Below are positions 30,480-40,142 of a stretch of DNA of 64,000 bases, piece after piece (the stretch's first letter is position 1; every line of letters starts with the position of its first letter). The notes below the pieces were generated by a model, which worked only from the letters and a program-made list of their open reading frames with translations, ran no database searches and was not told the origin of the DNA. A program made the translations under genes and the position numbers. The stretch is from Pseudomonadota bacterium. Its GTDB lineage: Bacteria > Bdellovibrionota_F > JAHFAK01 > JBDREC01. Location of the stretch: positions 2,888-66,887 of the forward strand of contig JBDREC010000030.1 of the NCBI GenBank assembly GCA_043820105.1. Direction: 5' to 3'.

Positions 30480-32219
30480 TTAGTACTCAGTATCTAGTCC
30501 GTAAATATGCAAAATATCACTTTTAGAAACGATTCCAATAAGTTTTTTGGTATCTTCTCTATCTACAATTGGAATAGTGTGCACATGATTCTCGTGCATT
30601 GTGTGCATTAGGAATTCAAGTGATTGGTCGGGATGGGCATGGATTGATAAGTCTCTGTTTGCTATCTTTGCAATCTTTTTTTGATAATGATGCTTAACAA
30701 ATTCCTCTTTTATTTTATCTGAACTAACCATTCCTAAAAGATCCCCAAATCTATCTAAAACTGGATAATATGAAAATTTCAAGTCAAAGTCTTTTGTAGC
30801 TACTACAACACTTAGATCATAGTTCATTGATTCAAAATGAATATTCATTGCATCTTCTGCTACAAAATGTTTTAGCTCTTCCTCTTGCTCATGAGAAGGG
30901 ATGTGACAGCCATCTTGCATTGAAAGGGCATTATATATTGGAACTTTGTGAAATTTTTGGCTAATAGCATATGAGATGAGGTTTGATATCATCAGGGGTA
31001 AAATAATTGAATAATCATGAGTCATTTCAAAAATAATTATTACAGAAGTCATAGGAGCTCTGATTATTCCTGAAAAAACTGCACCCATTCCAACAAGAGC
31101 ATAAGCTCCTGGACTCGCGACAAATCCTGGCGCAATTATTTGAAAAAGGTAACCCATAAATCCACCAAGCATGGCACCAATAAATAAGGATGGAGCAAAA
31201 ATTCCACCTGCTGTGCCAGTTGAATATGAAACAACAGTTGCAAAAACCTTCATTATTAACAAAAGAACTACCATGTAAAAAACAAGATTACCGTTTAATA
31301 CATCTTCAACAGTATCATAACCAATACCCATAATCTTAGGACTAACCAAAGCCATCAGACCAATACAAAGCCCACCAATCATTGGTTGCAAGGGTAGAGA
31401 CCAAACAGGCAAGCGTAGTTTTAATAATTTTCTAATTCCCAAAAGTGCATTAATAAAGAAAAGTGAAACAAAGCCAGCCGCGATTCCTAAGACAAGATAG
31501 AAACCAAATTCCCAAACACTAATTAAAGCATAAGGTGGAACTTCAAAAATAGGGTGGTTACCTAAAATTGATCTTTCTACTGCCGCAGCAGCAACAGCAG
31601 CAAGGACAGCTGAACCCAATATTTTTGTATTAAAGTTACCAACGATTTCTTCTATTGTAAATGTAACTGCAGCTAGCGGTGTATTAAAAGCAGCAGCTAA
31701 ACCAGCAGCTGCTCCCACTGGAACCAAAGCCTTTATTTTTTCAGCAGATAAATAAAAAGTCTTTCCGATAAAGGAAGCTAGACCGCCTGTAATATATACA
31801 GTAGGACCCTCGCGGCCAACAGAGCTTCCAGTTCCAATGCTAAGGGCTGATAAGAAAAATTTAGCTATTGTATTTTTAATGCTCATTCTTCCACATCGCG
31901 CAAACAATGACGCTTTAAGCTGAGGAATACCAGAACCTCTTGCTTGTGGAAAAAAGAAATGCAGCAAAACCCCACAGACTAAGCAACCTAAAGTTGGAGT
32001 CAAAATTAATTTCAAATAAGCAGTATTAGAAGCGTTTTTTAATTCAAAAACATTATTAAATAAATATTCTATAAGCATATGAAAGGAAACAGCAACAAGT
32101 CCGCAAACAGCACCAATAACAATGGTTATTAGAAAAAAGAACTTGTCTTCAGATAAACCAAGCTTATGTATATATTTAATTATGTAATTTTGTAGGCTGT
32201 ACCATCTGCGCCAAGCCAT
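30480..32219 (-). CDS. ClC-family chloride channel / H+-Cl- antiporter with C-terminal CBS pair
   Basis: Selectivity motifs GSGIPQ, GREGP and GIFAPSLFIGA. C-terminal CBS-like region. Confidence 0.85.
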   Translation of the reverse strand: MAWRRWYSLQNYIIKYIHKLGLSEDKFFFLITIVIGAVCGLVAVSFHMLIEYLFNNVFELKNASNTAYLKLILTPTLGCLVCGVLLHFFFPQARGSGIPQLKASLFARCGRMSIKNTIAKFFLSALSIGTGSSVGREGPTVYITGGLASFIGKTFYLSAEKIKALVPVGAAAGLAAAFNTPLAAVTFTIEEIVGNFNTKILGSAVLAAVAAAAVERSILGNHPIFEVPPYALISVWEFGFYLVLGIAAGFVSLFFINALLGIRKLLKLRLPVWSLPLQPMIGGLCIGLMALVSPKIMGIGYDTVEDVLNGNLVFYMVVLLLIMKVFATVVSYSTGTAGGIFAPSLFIGAMLGGFMGYLFQIIAPGFVASPGAYALVGMGAVFSGIIRAPMTSVIIIFEMTHDYSIILPLMISNLISYAISQKFHKVPIYNALSMQDGCHIPSHEQEEELKHFVAEDAMNIHFESMNYDLSVVVATKDFDLKFSYYPVLDRFGDLLGMVSSDKIKEEFVKHHYQKKIAKIANRDLSIHAHPDQSLEFLMHTMHENHVHTIPIVDREDTKKLIGIVSKSDILHIYGLDTEY

Positions 32220-32321
32220 TTGCTATAAAACCCGTATATGGAATTTAATAAAGATTAGATCTGAGTGGCTACATACAAAAATCAAAAAGTTTTAGCAAGG
32301 ATTTTTTCCATTCTCAATTAA

Positions 32322-32729
32322 TTATAAAAAAGTTTTGTATCCCACATTAAGTATCTTTTCGAGGCGTTTTGCCATAGATTTGCCAATAGGTCTTTTTCCA
32401 TTTTCCATTTTTGATATATTGCTTTGCAAAACTCCTAGCTTTTTAGCTAATTCCAATTGACTTAAACCCTCTTTGAGTCTTGCTCCTTTTATAAATGTCC
32501 CCTTATTTTCTAAAACAGAATCATCAAATGCCTCTTTCCAAGGAATTGATTTTTCATAGCTTGATGACTTTAAATTATGAAATTCTTCTAAAAGTTTAAT
32601 GATAATTTTTAATATGCCAGAAGTAACTTGAAACTTTTTCCTTTCTTTGTTTGGAAAATGAACAACAATGTAAGGAGTATTTTTCTTAATAAGGTGCTTT
32701 CTCTCTTGTACCAACATAATATACCTCAA
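32322..32729 (-). CDS. HTH (XRE-family) antitoxin, HigA-like
   Basis: C-terminal helix-turn-helix LSQLELAKKLGVLQSNISKMENGKRPI. Overlaps the 3' end of the upstream toxin ORF. Confidence 0.65.
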   Translation of the reverse strand: MRYIMLVQERKHLIKKNTPYIVVHFPNKERKKFQVTSGILKIIIKLLEEFHNLKSSSYEKSIPWKEAFDDSVLENKGTFIKGARLKEGLSQLELAKKLGVLQSNISKMENGKRPIGKSMAKRLEKILNVGYKTFL

Positions 32730-33048
32730 TTATTTTAATTTTTTTGTCTATTAATTCCCAACAAACAACGTAGCTTGGTTTTCCTTTTTTAGTAATATGA
32801 CAATGATGTTTGTTTTCACTCAGCTTACTATAATTTGGCCAATTACCTCTAACAGGACCATAGTTTTCCATTTCCTTGAACAGTGTAGAAAGAAGAAACT
32901 GTATTTTATGGGGCAATCTTGGCATCCTTTTTTTCACTGAATTCTTTAGAAAAACCTCCCAATTTATTCTTCCATTATATGTCATTTTTAGACCTATGTC
33001 AAATATATATTGACATATTAATATTGCAATTTTAAGACCAAAAAACAA
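32686..33048 (-). CDS. RelE/ParE-superfamily toxin (HigB/YafQ-like)
   Basis: C-terminal pattern HHCHITKKGKPSYVVCWELIDKKIKIIEVYYVGTREKAPY. Toxin-first order with a downstream HTH antitoxin. The true start is probably the internal MTYNG at 32986. Confidence 0.6.
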   Translation of the reverse strand: MFFGLKIAILICQYIFDIGLKMTYNGRINWEVFLKNSVKKRMPRLPHKIQFLLSTLFKEMENYGPVRGNWPNYSKLSENKHHCHITKKGKPSYVVCWELIDKKIKIIEVYYVGTREKAPY

Positions 33049-33183
33049 GAATCACTAATATGCATTTCATTTCTTAGACTTAGCCTTTATGAGCCTAAAT
33101 AAAAAGCTTTGAATTCTTATGTTTTCTAGAAATTGGAAGAAATAATGGGAACCTCAAGTTTTTTTAATTATTACTTTACTAAA

Positions 33184-33330
33184 AATCACAAATCACAATA
33201 TCCAAATTACAAGCAAATTACAAATTCAGAAAAACAATAATAAAAACAAAATCTAATTTGTACTTCTTCTTTTTGGTCATTTGGACATTGTAATTTGTGT
33301 ATTGTTTGTAACTTGTTATTTGTTTATTGG
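33184..33330. repeat. Two opposed heptamer arrays (AATCACA-type and its complement ATTTGTG-type) forming a ~150-bp imperfect palindrome
   Basis: AAATCACAAATCACAATATCCAAATTACAAGCAAATTACAAATTC at 33184-33235, and GACATTGTAATTTGTGTATTGTTTGTAACTTGTTATTTGTTTATTGG at 33285-33330. Confidence 0.75.
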
Positions 33331-33423
33331 AATTTATATCCTTTGTTTAACAAATTAAACACATCTGGGCTATCAGCTATCAGCAAGAAAAAATTAAAGG
33401 CAGATAGCTTTTTGCTATTTATA

Positions 33424-33933
33424 TTAGTCTTCTTGATTTATGAGTATTGATCCATCCTTGTATGCATCGCCTCCACCTGCCAAATCTCTTTTAATCAATT
33501 GCCAATATTTCGATTTTATTCCATCATCATCTAAATCTTGTTGTATTACTATTAAACAGGCTGTTGTTGGATCTAAAATATCTTCTTCACACTCAACTTT
33601 AGCGCCACCATATGTATCTTGGTCTGGAACAAAACCAATTATTTTAAATCCATTTGTATCGCCTGCAAATGCTGCCTGAGAACCTGCTTGCTTATCTCCG
33701 TTTAATAAATTTACATCCATTGTTGGCATTCCAAGTGGAATATGATGAAATTTTGCATTATCAATATTGTAGTCAGCTTCAGCAGCAAATATGCCGTTTA
33801 TAAGTGCGTTAACTTCTGACTTTTTAGACTTCTTGATATAAGCCATAAAACTTGGGATTGCGATTGCTGCCAAGATGCCGATAATGGCAACAACAATTAT
33901 TAGTTCAACTAGTGTAAAGCCTTTCTTTTTCAT
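33424..33933 (-). CDS. Type IV pilin / pseudopilin (prepilin N-terminal cleavage-methylation domain)
   Basis: [29 protein letters not shown], the canonical class III signal. No other pil genes nearby. Confidence 0.8.
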   Translation of the reverse strand: MKKKGFTLVELIIVVAIIGILAAIAIPSFMAYIKKSKKSEVNALINGIFAAEADYNIDNAKFHHIPLGMPTMDVNLLNGDKQAGSQAAFAGDTNGFKIIGFVPDQDTYGGAKVECEEDILDPTTACLIVIQQDLDDDGIKSKYWQLIKRDLAGGGDAYKDGSILINQED

Positions 33934-34067
33934 TTTTTTCTCCTCTTTGTTATTAATGAAACAAGCTTGTAGATAATACTAGCAACTTTCATGCCAAAAA
34001 TAGCAATATTATAACTAATTGATTTCATTGAAACGCGAAAATAGAAAATCCTTGTAAAAAGCAAAAA

Positions 34068-34106
34068 GTGACAAAATTTGTCACGTGACATGACAAAATT
34101 TGTCAC
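34068..34106. promoter_or_regulatory. Two adjacent copies of the 17-bp perfect palindrome GTGACAAAATTTGTCAC
   Basis: Read directly in the pilin-upstream / hipA-downstream spacer. Further copies lie at 34153-34169 and 35999-36015. Confidence 0.6.
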
Positions 34107-34152
34107 TCGATTTTTAAGCTGCTGTTATCATTGATTGAATGCGCCGCAGCAA

Positions 34153-34169
34153 GGTGACGAAATTTGTCA
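34153..34169. promoter_or_regulatory. Third palindrome copy (GTGACGAAATTTGTCAC), part of the conserved module palindrome-CTCTAAnnGTGTT-G tract
   Basis: A similar module is found at 35999-36050. Confidence 0.6.
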
Positions 34170-34192
34170 CTTCTCTAATAGTGTTAGTTTCC

Positions 34193-34218
34193 AGGGGGGG
34201 GGGGGGGGGGGCGGGGGG
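34193..34218. repeat. Homopolymeric tract G19-C-G6
   Basis: Counted directly. Extremely atypical for this AT-rich DNA. The paralogous module at 36038-36044 has only G7. Confidence 0.9.
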
Positions 34219-34265
34219 TTATATTAAAAGAATGTCCTAGTAATCTGTTTTATTGATTGTTTTTA

Positions 34266-35510
34266 TTATTTTTTGCTAAAGAGCTTTTTAGCAACTTTTT
34301 GGTGATACTCTATAATATGCTTAATATCTCTATCAAAAAGATCAAGACTTTTTGCAAGTTTTTTAAATTGAGATATCGCACTTCTAACTTCATCTATTAT
34401 TGCTTTTTTATCATATTCTGAAATTTGAAAAAGTTTAGCCAGGTGATCAAGTTCTCTTATTGAAGGATTTTTTCCTTCACCTGCAATTGTCATTGAATGT
34501 TCACCACCCATGCCTTGTGAAAACATTAAATCATAAGCTGGAGCAAAAGACCAAGTTCCGTTTTTATTCATTAAAAAAGCAAAGTTTTTCACATGATCAT
34601 CCCTGTTAGAGGACAAAATGTTAAAAACCATTAATCTATAGCACATTTTAACTGATTCAAAATCATGTGTAAGTTTTGAGCAAACCTTTAAAAGGGTTTC
34701 ATAATCAACAGATGGCACCCTAAAATCAGCGTGTATTAAATTTCCAAAAGAGTGAAAATGAATTCTTTGATTTCCTTTTCTGTCAAATCTTTTAGTTCCA
34801 AAATAATAATTATTTTTATTATCTTGAAACAAGTGATATTCTGGAATTATAATGCCAGCAGCTTCTGCCATTTGTGAATAAATATACTCTATTTTTCCAG
34901 CTTCTAAAAAGTCGTTTTCAGATCTAAATTTTATCATCCATGCTTCATAATTTTTTGGTAGATCTGACTCTTTTGAAATTAAATCTTTACCATTAAATCC
35001 TACAAGAATTTTGGGTCTGGCTCCACCTGGAGATCCGCCAGTTCTAAAAAGGATGGGCAAAATATCTTTTTCATTTCCTTTTAAAATTTCAATTGAATTT
35101 TGAGAAAGCTCATATAGATTTACTGTTTCATTCTTTTTAAGTTTTAAATCCATAGCTGGTTCATAAGTTAAAGCCCCTATAGTCCTGTTAGCTACAAATA
35201 ACAATCTATCAATATGAGAAATTTCTCTTAAATCCAAGCCTTGTTTATTAAAAAAACGATCTTGTAATAAAAGCCCCCAACCATCTGGCATAGAATCATT
35301 AAATACACCATGAATATAACCTAAGAATGCTTTTTTACATACCTGAAGTCCCATACGACAATCAAGTTTGAATGGTGAAATGTTTATGTTTTTTGAAAGA
35401 AAATTTGAATCATATTCAAAATAAATTCTTTTTTTATTATCCTGAACAATTTGTCCCAATAGTGTCGAATCATTGGAAGAGGTAGTGTAGAAAACCTTTA
35501 CTTTTTTCAT
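34266..35510 (-). CDS. hipA: HipA-family Ser/Thr kinase toxin
   Basis: The N-terminal HipA coupling domain motif (PDGWGLLLQDRFF) and the catalytic region (DDHVKNFAFLM) are both present. 4-nt overlap with the upstream hipB-like gene. Confidence 0.8.
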   Translation of the reverse strand: MKKVKVFYTTSSNDSTLLGQIVQDNKKRIYFEYDSNFLSKNINISPFKLDCRMGLQVCKKAFLGYIHGVFNDSMPDGWGLLLQDRFFNKQGLDLREISHIDRLLFVANRTIGALTYEPAMDLKLKKNETVNLYELSQNSIEILKGNEKDILPILFRTGGSPGGARPKILVGFNGKDLISKESDLPKNYEAWMIKFRSENDFLEAGKIEYIYSQMAEAAGIIIPEYHLFQDNKNNYYFGTKRFDRKGNQRIHFHSFGNLIHADFRVPSVDYETLLKVCSKLTHDFESVKMCYRLMVFNILSSNRDDHVKNFAFLMNKNGTWSFAPAYDLMFSQGMGGEHSMTIAGEGKNPSIRELDHLAKLFQISEYDKKAIIDEVRSAISQFKKLAKSLDLFDRDIKHIIEYHQKVAKKLFSKK

Positions 35511-35815
35511 AATCTTCCTCTTTTTTTCATTTTAATTTTTTCCAGTTTTTCAATATCTTTAATTGATTTTGTTTCAATTTCAGGAAAAAGACACAAGAAA
35601 TCTTCCAAACAATTCAATGCACTAGCAATTTTCAATAAGGATTCAAAAGAAATTTTCCCTGTTAATTCAAATCTTTTAAGGCTTGCTTCAGTAACATTGG
35701 ATTTTTTGGCCAAGGTGCTGCGTTTAAGGTTATGCTGCAAACGCAGGATTTTAGCTTTTTGAGAGACCTTTTTCATTAGCTCAAAGGGAGTATATATATT
35801 AATTTTATGGCTCAT
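35507..35815 (-). CDS. hipB: HipB-like HTH (XRE) antitoxin
   Basis: HTH LKRSTLAKKSNVTEASLKRFE. Translationally coupled to hipA. Confidence 0.7.
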   Translation of the reverse strand: MSHKINIYTPFELMKKVSQKAKILRLQHNLKRSTLAKKSNVTEASLKRFELTGKISFESLLKIASALNCLEDFLCLFPEIETKSIKDIEKLEKIKMKKRGRL

Positions 35816-35998
35816 ATATTAATCTTTGCAAGGCTTAAATGGTATTAATAGATATTATATTGTCTATTATCAGGAATGTCAAGAGTGAATTGGAAAGTTT
35901 TTTCTGTCTTCAATTAATTATTAGTTTATTAATCTTCAGTGTCAGTATTGATATTCCCAGAAAGATAAGCATTAAAACATGACAATTTTTGCCATAGG

Positions 35999-36050
35999 GT
36001 GACAAATTTTGTCACTACTCTAAGGGTGTTTATTCGAGGGGGGGAGGTGC
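35999..36050. promoter_or_regulatory. Fourth palindrome copy plus CTCTAAGGGTGTTTATTCGAG-G7 module
   Basis: GTGACAAATTTTGTCAC followed by a sequence paralogous to 34170-34218. Lies between the hepT stop and the hipB promoter region. Confidence 0.6.
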
Positions 36051-36051
36051 G

Positions 36052-36420
36052 TTATATGGAAATCAGCCTTTTGAAGCTCTTAAGATACAAAGGAAGTTTA
36101 TCATATAATTCATTTGCAAGTTTTTCTTTATACATATGTGCAATCTGATTTCTAGCATCTGTTATTTCCAGCCAAATTTCATCATATTCAAGTAATTCTT
36201 GTTTATATGCTTCTCTAAAAGTTGCTTTAGGAGAATTGGATATTATTCCATGAATATCTTCAAGATATGTTTTTAGCATTTTCCATGAAAGATCAAAGGT
36301 GAATTCAAAACGTTGAATAGCTGAATCTCGCATATATTCAGTTTTATCCTGTTTTAAAACATCATCCAGTCTATTAACAGCTTTGTTTAGCTGTTGTTTA
36401 ATTGCTTCAAGTTTAGTCAT
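36052..36420 (-). CDS. hepT: HepT-like toxin (nucleotidyltransferase substrate-binding protein, HI0074 family / DUF86)
   Basis: 122 aa with the family pattern ...RDSAIQRFEFTFDLSWKMLK...; paired with the upstream MNT gene by an 8-nt overlap. Confidence 0.7.
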   Translation of the reverse strand: MTKLEAIKQQLNKAVNRLDDVLKQDKTEYMRDSAIQRFEFTFDLSWKMLKTYLEDIHGIISNSPKATFREAYKQELLEYDEIWLEITDARNQIAHMYKEKLANELYDKLPLYLKSFKRLISI

Positions 36421-36730
36421 TTATTTTTATTTCCTCTATATTTTGCATTGCTACTTTTTTAAACTCTTCTGAAACTTGTGTAAAATCAACAAGCTCTATT
36501 TTATATAAATAGGGAAGGTTTTCAATATCTTCTTTTATTTTTTCCATTTTTTCTATTGGAATTTGTAAAGTGCCTAAAAGTCCAACATCAATATCTGACC
36601 TTTCTGAACCTTTGCCAGAAACCCTTGAACCAAAGTAAAAGACTCTAAATTCTTCTAAATTTAAGTGCTTTCCTAGAATTTGAATAATATTTGATGTCAA
36701 TTTATTTTTATTACAATTTTTAAAATTCAT
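36413..36730 (-). CDS. mntA: MNT-type nucleotidyltransferase antitoxin (HI0073 family)
   Basis: GSRVSGKGSERSDIDVGLL, the minimal nucleotidyltransferase motif. Confidence 0.7.
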   Translation of the reverse strand: MNFKNCNKNKLTSNIIQILGKHLNLEEFRVFYFGSRVSGKGSERSDIDVGLLGTLQIPIEKMEKIKEDIENLPYLYKIELVDFTQVSEEFKKVAMQNIEEIKIND

Positions 36731-36900
36731 TCTATCTACAATTTTTATTTATATAAATATTCAAATGATAGTATATTAAGATAAAAAATTAATTCAAATG
36801 TTAAATTTCTTTTTTTTCTATATACATAATTCTAATTTTATTTAATGATATTCAAAATTAAATGATTAAGAGTTAGGATTATGATGAAGATTAGGATTTT

Positions 36901-38838
36901 TTAAATTATTATCCTTGATTTTGTTTGTTTGCCTAAAGATTCAATCATAACTTCAGTCATCAATTTTGAAAATTTTGCTGGATCTTTTATGTTTGAGCCT
37001 TCTGTTAATAATGCTTGATCAAAAATGAGTTCACAATAATTTTTAAGCTTTTCATCCTCTTTGTTTTGAGAATAAAGGTCATTCATTGCTTCAATTAAAA
37101 TGTGATCTGCATTGAGTTCTAGGATTCTTTTTGATTTTGGAGCAGCTTGCCCTGTTGCTTTTAAAATTCTTTCCATATTTGCAGTTGGATCATCTTTATC
37201 TGAAACTAAACAAGCAACTGAGTCAGTAAGCCTTGTTGAAAATTTCACATCTTTAACATGTTCACTTAATTCTTCTTTCATAAATGCTAGCAAAGAATCA
37301 AATTTTTCTTTTGCCTTTTCAGTAGATTCTTTTTCATTTTCATCTAGGCTTACATCAGTTTTTAAAACTGACTTGAATTCTTTTTCCTTATATTTATCAA
37401 AATTTCCCAAAACAAACTCATCAACATGATCAACAAAATATAAAACCTCAATATCTTTTTTCTTAAAGGCTTCTAGATGAGGGGAGTTTTGAATTGTTTC
37501 AATATTGTCACCTGTAATATAATAAATCTCCTTTTGATCTTCTTTCATGTTTTTCACATAAGTTTCAAGTGAGATCAATTCATCAGATTTTGTTGATTTA
37601 AATAAAACTAGGTCCATTAGCTTTTCTTTATTTGGCATATCTGAATAGATACCTTCTTTTATTAAAAGACCAAATTCAGTAAAAAAGCCTTTATATTTAT
37701 CAAATTCTTTTTCTTTCATTTTAGTTAAGGACTCTAGCACCTTTTTTGTTAGGTGTGATCTAATGGAAGCAACACGTCTGTCATTTTGAAGCATTTCTCT
37801 TGATACATTTAAAGACAAGTCAGAGGCATCAACAAGGCCTTTAACAAATCTTAAATAAGAGGGTAGTAAATCTTTGCAGTCATCCATAATTAATATTTTT
37901 TTAACATATAGATTAATCAATGAATCGCGATCTGAAAAAGAAAAATGAAATGGCTTTTTAGAAGGAATAAATAAAAGTGCTTTATATTCAAGCCTACCTT
38001 CAGCTGATAAATGGATTGTATCAAGGGGCTTTTCCCAGTCATGACTTATATGCTTATAAAATTCATCATATTCTTCTTGTTTAATTTCACTTTTGTTTCT
38101 TGCCCAAATTGCTTCTTTTGAATTTAATGTTTCTTTTTCAATTTTCTTTGTTGTGATTTCTTTTCCATCTTCGCCTTTTGATGTTTCTTCTTTTTCAACA
38201 TTCATTGTAATAGGATAAGAAATAAAGTCAGAATGTTTTTTAATAATTGATCTGATTTTCCAATCGTCTGTGTAATCGTCTTCATTATCTTTTTTACTTT
38301 TTAGATCCAAAATGACTGTTGTGCCAACAGAATCTTTTTCCCAATCTTCAACAGTAAAAGATCCATCGCCTTTTGATTCCCATTTATAAGCTTTTTCAGA
38401 ATCAACGTGTTTTGTAATAATTGTAACAAGCTTTGAAACCATGAAAGCTGAATAAAAACCAACTCCAAATTGACCAATTAATTCAATTGGAAGGTCTTTT
38501 CTGTTTTCTAAAAGTTTAACAAACTCTTCAGAACCGGATTTGGCAATTGTACCGATTTTATCAATGAGCTCTTCCTTGGTCATTCCAATACCATTATCAG
38601 TGATCATAAGTCTTTTATTTTTCTTGTCTGCTTCAATAAAAATCTCAAATTCTTCCCTATCTTTTTTAGCATTTTTATCTGTTAATGACCTGAATCTAAG
38701 CTTATCAATAGCATCAGATGCATTTGAAATTAGCTCTCTTAAAAATATTTCTTTTTCAGAATATAAAGAATTAATAACAATATCTAATAATTTTTGTGTT
38801 TCAGCTTTAAATTGGAAGTTTTCAATATTTGGGCTCAT
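36901..38838 (-). CDS. htpG: Chaperone HtpG (Hsp90)
   Basis: N-terminal GHKL ATPase motifs (LRELISNASDAIDKLRF, ITDNGIGMT, GQFGVGFYSAF). 645 aa. Confidence 0.9.
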   Translation of the reverse strand: MSPNIENFQFKAETQKLLDIVINSLYSEKEIFLRELISNASDAIDKLRFRSLTDKNAKKDREEFEIFIEADKKNKRLMITDNGIGMTKEELIDKIGTIAKSGSEEFVKLLENRKDLPIELIGQFGVGFYSAFMVSKLVTIITKHVDSEKAYKWESKGDGSFTVEDWEKDSVGTTVILDLKSKKDNEDDYTDDWKIRSIIKKHSDFISYPITMNVEKEETSKGEDGKEITTKKIEKETLNSKEAIWARNKSEIKQEEYDEFYKHISHDWEKPLDTIHLSAEGRLEYKALLFIPSKKPFHFSFSDRDSLINLYVKKILIMDDCKDLLPSYLRFVKGLVDASDLSLNVSREMLQNDRRVASIRSHLTKKVLESLTKMKEKEFDKYKGFFTEFGLLIKEGIYSDMPNKEKLMDLVLFKSTKSDELISLETYVKNMKEDQKEIYYITGDNIETIQNSPHLEAFKKKDIEVLYFVDHVDEFVLGNFDKYKEKEFKSVLKTDVSLDENEKESTEKAKEKFDSLLAFMKEELSEHVKDVKFSTRLTDSVACLVSDKDDPTANMERILKATGQAAPKSKRILELNADHILIEAMNDLYSQNKEDEKLKNYCELIFDQALLTEGSNIKDPAKFSKLMTEVMIESLGKQTKSRIII

Positions 38839-38972
38839 TTTGGGGGTCTCCTGTAATTAAATTTATCTGTGAATTATTTCAGTTTGGCTTTCAGCAATTA
38901 GCTTTCAGCGGTCAGCATAAAAAGCTGATAGCTTATTTGACTTTTTAATCACTATTATGAATATGTCAATAA

Positions 38973-39965
38973 GTGTCGAAAAAATTAATTGCTATTTCTT
39001 TGAAATCATTAGATGAATTGAGAATGGAAAATATAAGAAAAAAAATTAAATTAAATAAAAAGAATGAATTTGATGTAATTTCTATAGGTTCAAATGCTGT
39101 TGATGCTATTTGTGTTTTACCTCAATTTCCAGAATATAATAAAAAACTGAGAATGAATGATTTTGAAATTGATGGGGGTGGGCAAGCTTCAACAGCAGCT
39201 GTTGCTTGTTCAAAACTTGGCTTAAAAACAAGATATATTGGAAAAGTTGGAGATGATATTTTTGGAAGGTATGCTATTGAAAGACTGATTGCTGAAAATG
39301 TTGATGTTGAGGGGGTACTTGTTAAACAAAATGCTAAAACTCAGTTTGCTGTTATTATGCTTGAAAAAAATATAGGTGAAAGAACTATTATTTGGAATAG
39401 GGATGATGCTTTAGAGCTTCTAGCTTCTGACCTAGATAAAGATATAATTTGTTCAGGAAAAGTTCTGCTAATTGGAAACAGTCATCCTCTGGCTACTAAA
39501 CAGGCGATTGAATGGGCAGAGAAAGAAGATATGCTAATCGTAATGGATGCCGAAAGAGTTGAAGAACATACAAAAGATATTTTGCCTCATGTTGATGTTT
39601 TAATAGGAGACTCAGAATTTTGTAAGTTAATTAGCCAAGAAAAAGATGATAAAGAAGCTTTAATAAAAACTAAAGATTTAGGTCCAAAGATAGTTGGCTC
39701 AACTTTAGGAGAAAACGGATCGATTTTTTATGATGGAAACAATTTTTATACTTCTAAAGCCTTTAACATTAATACTATCGATACAACTGGAGCAGGCGAT
39801 GTCTTTCATGCTGCCTTTATCAGGGCATTGTTTGAAGATTGGAATTTGCAAAAAACTAGCGACTTTTCAAACGCTGTAGCTGCCATTAAATGTACAGATC
39901 TAGGTGGAAGAAAAGCAATTCCAGGTTTCAATGAAGCCTTGAAATTTCTTTCAGAAAACATTTGA
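38973..39965 (+). CDS. PfkB-family carbohydrate/nucleoside kinase (ribokinase-like)
   Basis: Anion-hole motif DTTGAGDVFHAAFIRAL. GTG start in the ORF track. An alternative ATG (MENIRKK) lies at 39024. Confidence 0.75.
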   Translation: MSKKLIAISLKSLDELRMENIRKKIKLNKKNEFDVISIGSNAVDAICVLPQFPEYNKKLRMNDFEIDGGGQASTAAVACSKLGLKTRYIGKVGDDIFGRYAIERLIAENVDVEGVLVKQNAKTQFAVIMLEKNIGERTIIWNRDDALELLASDLDKDIICSGKVLLIGNSHPLATKQAIEWAEKEDMLIVMDAERVEEHTKDILPHVDVLIGDSEFCKLISQEKDDKEALIKTKDLGPKIVGSTLGENGSIFYDGNNFYTSKAFNINTIDTTGAGDVFHAAFIRALFEDWNLQKTSDFSNAVAAIKCTDLGGRKAIPGFNEALKFLSENI

Positions 39966-40008
39966 TATTACTTTTATTTTAATTTAAAATCCCAATCCAA
40001 TTGAACAT

Positions 40009-40126
40009 TACGCCGTACGCTGTACGCCGTACGCTGAAAGTAGTATTCTGTTTTTCTATTTACTGAATACCGAATACTAAATACTGAATACTAATCTTCC
40101 AGCTTACCACTTACAGCTTACAGCTT
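40009..40126. repeat. Three consecutive different heptamer arrays: (CCGTACG/CTGTACG)x4, (TACTGAA)x5, (CTTACCA/CTTACAG)x4
   Basis: Read directly in the spacer upstream of the phosphofructokinase gene. Confidence 0.85.
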
Positions 40127-40142
40127 TAAAAAGAGGTGTTAA

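Noticed and set aside
33960-34265. Possible insertion sequence or MITE explaining the palindromes.
   Set aside because: No transposase ORF, no target-site duplication, and no long terminal inverted repeats were found. The palindromes are better described as repeated operator-like sites.
37112-38860. ORFs at 37112-37429 and 38540-38860 on the plus strand.
   Set aside because: Both are antisense to htpG, and their translations are S/L-rich low-complexity sequence.
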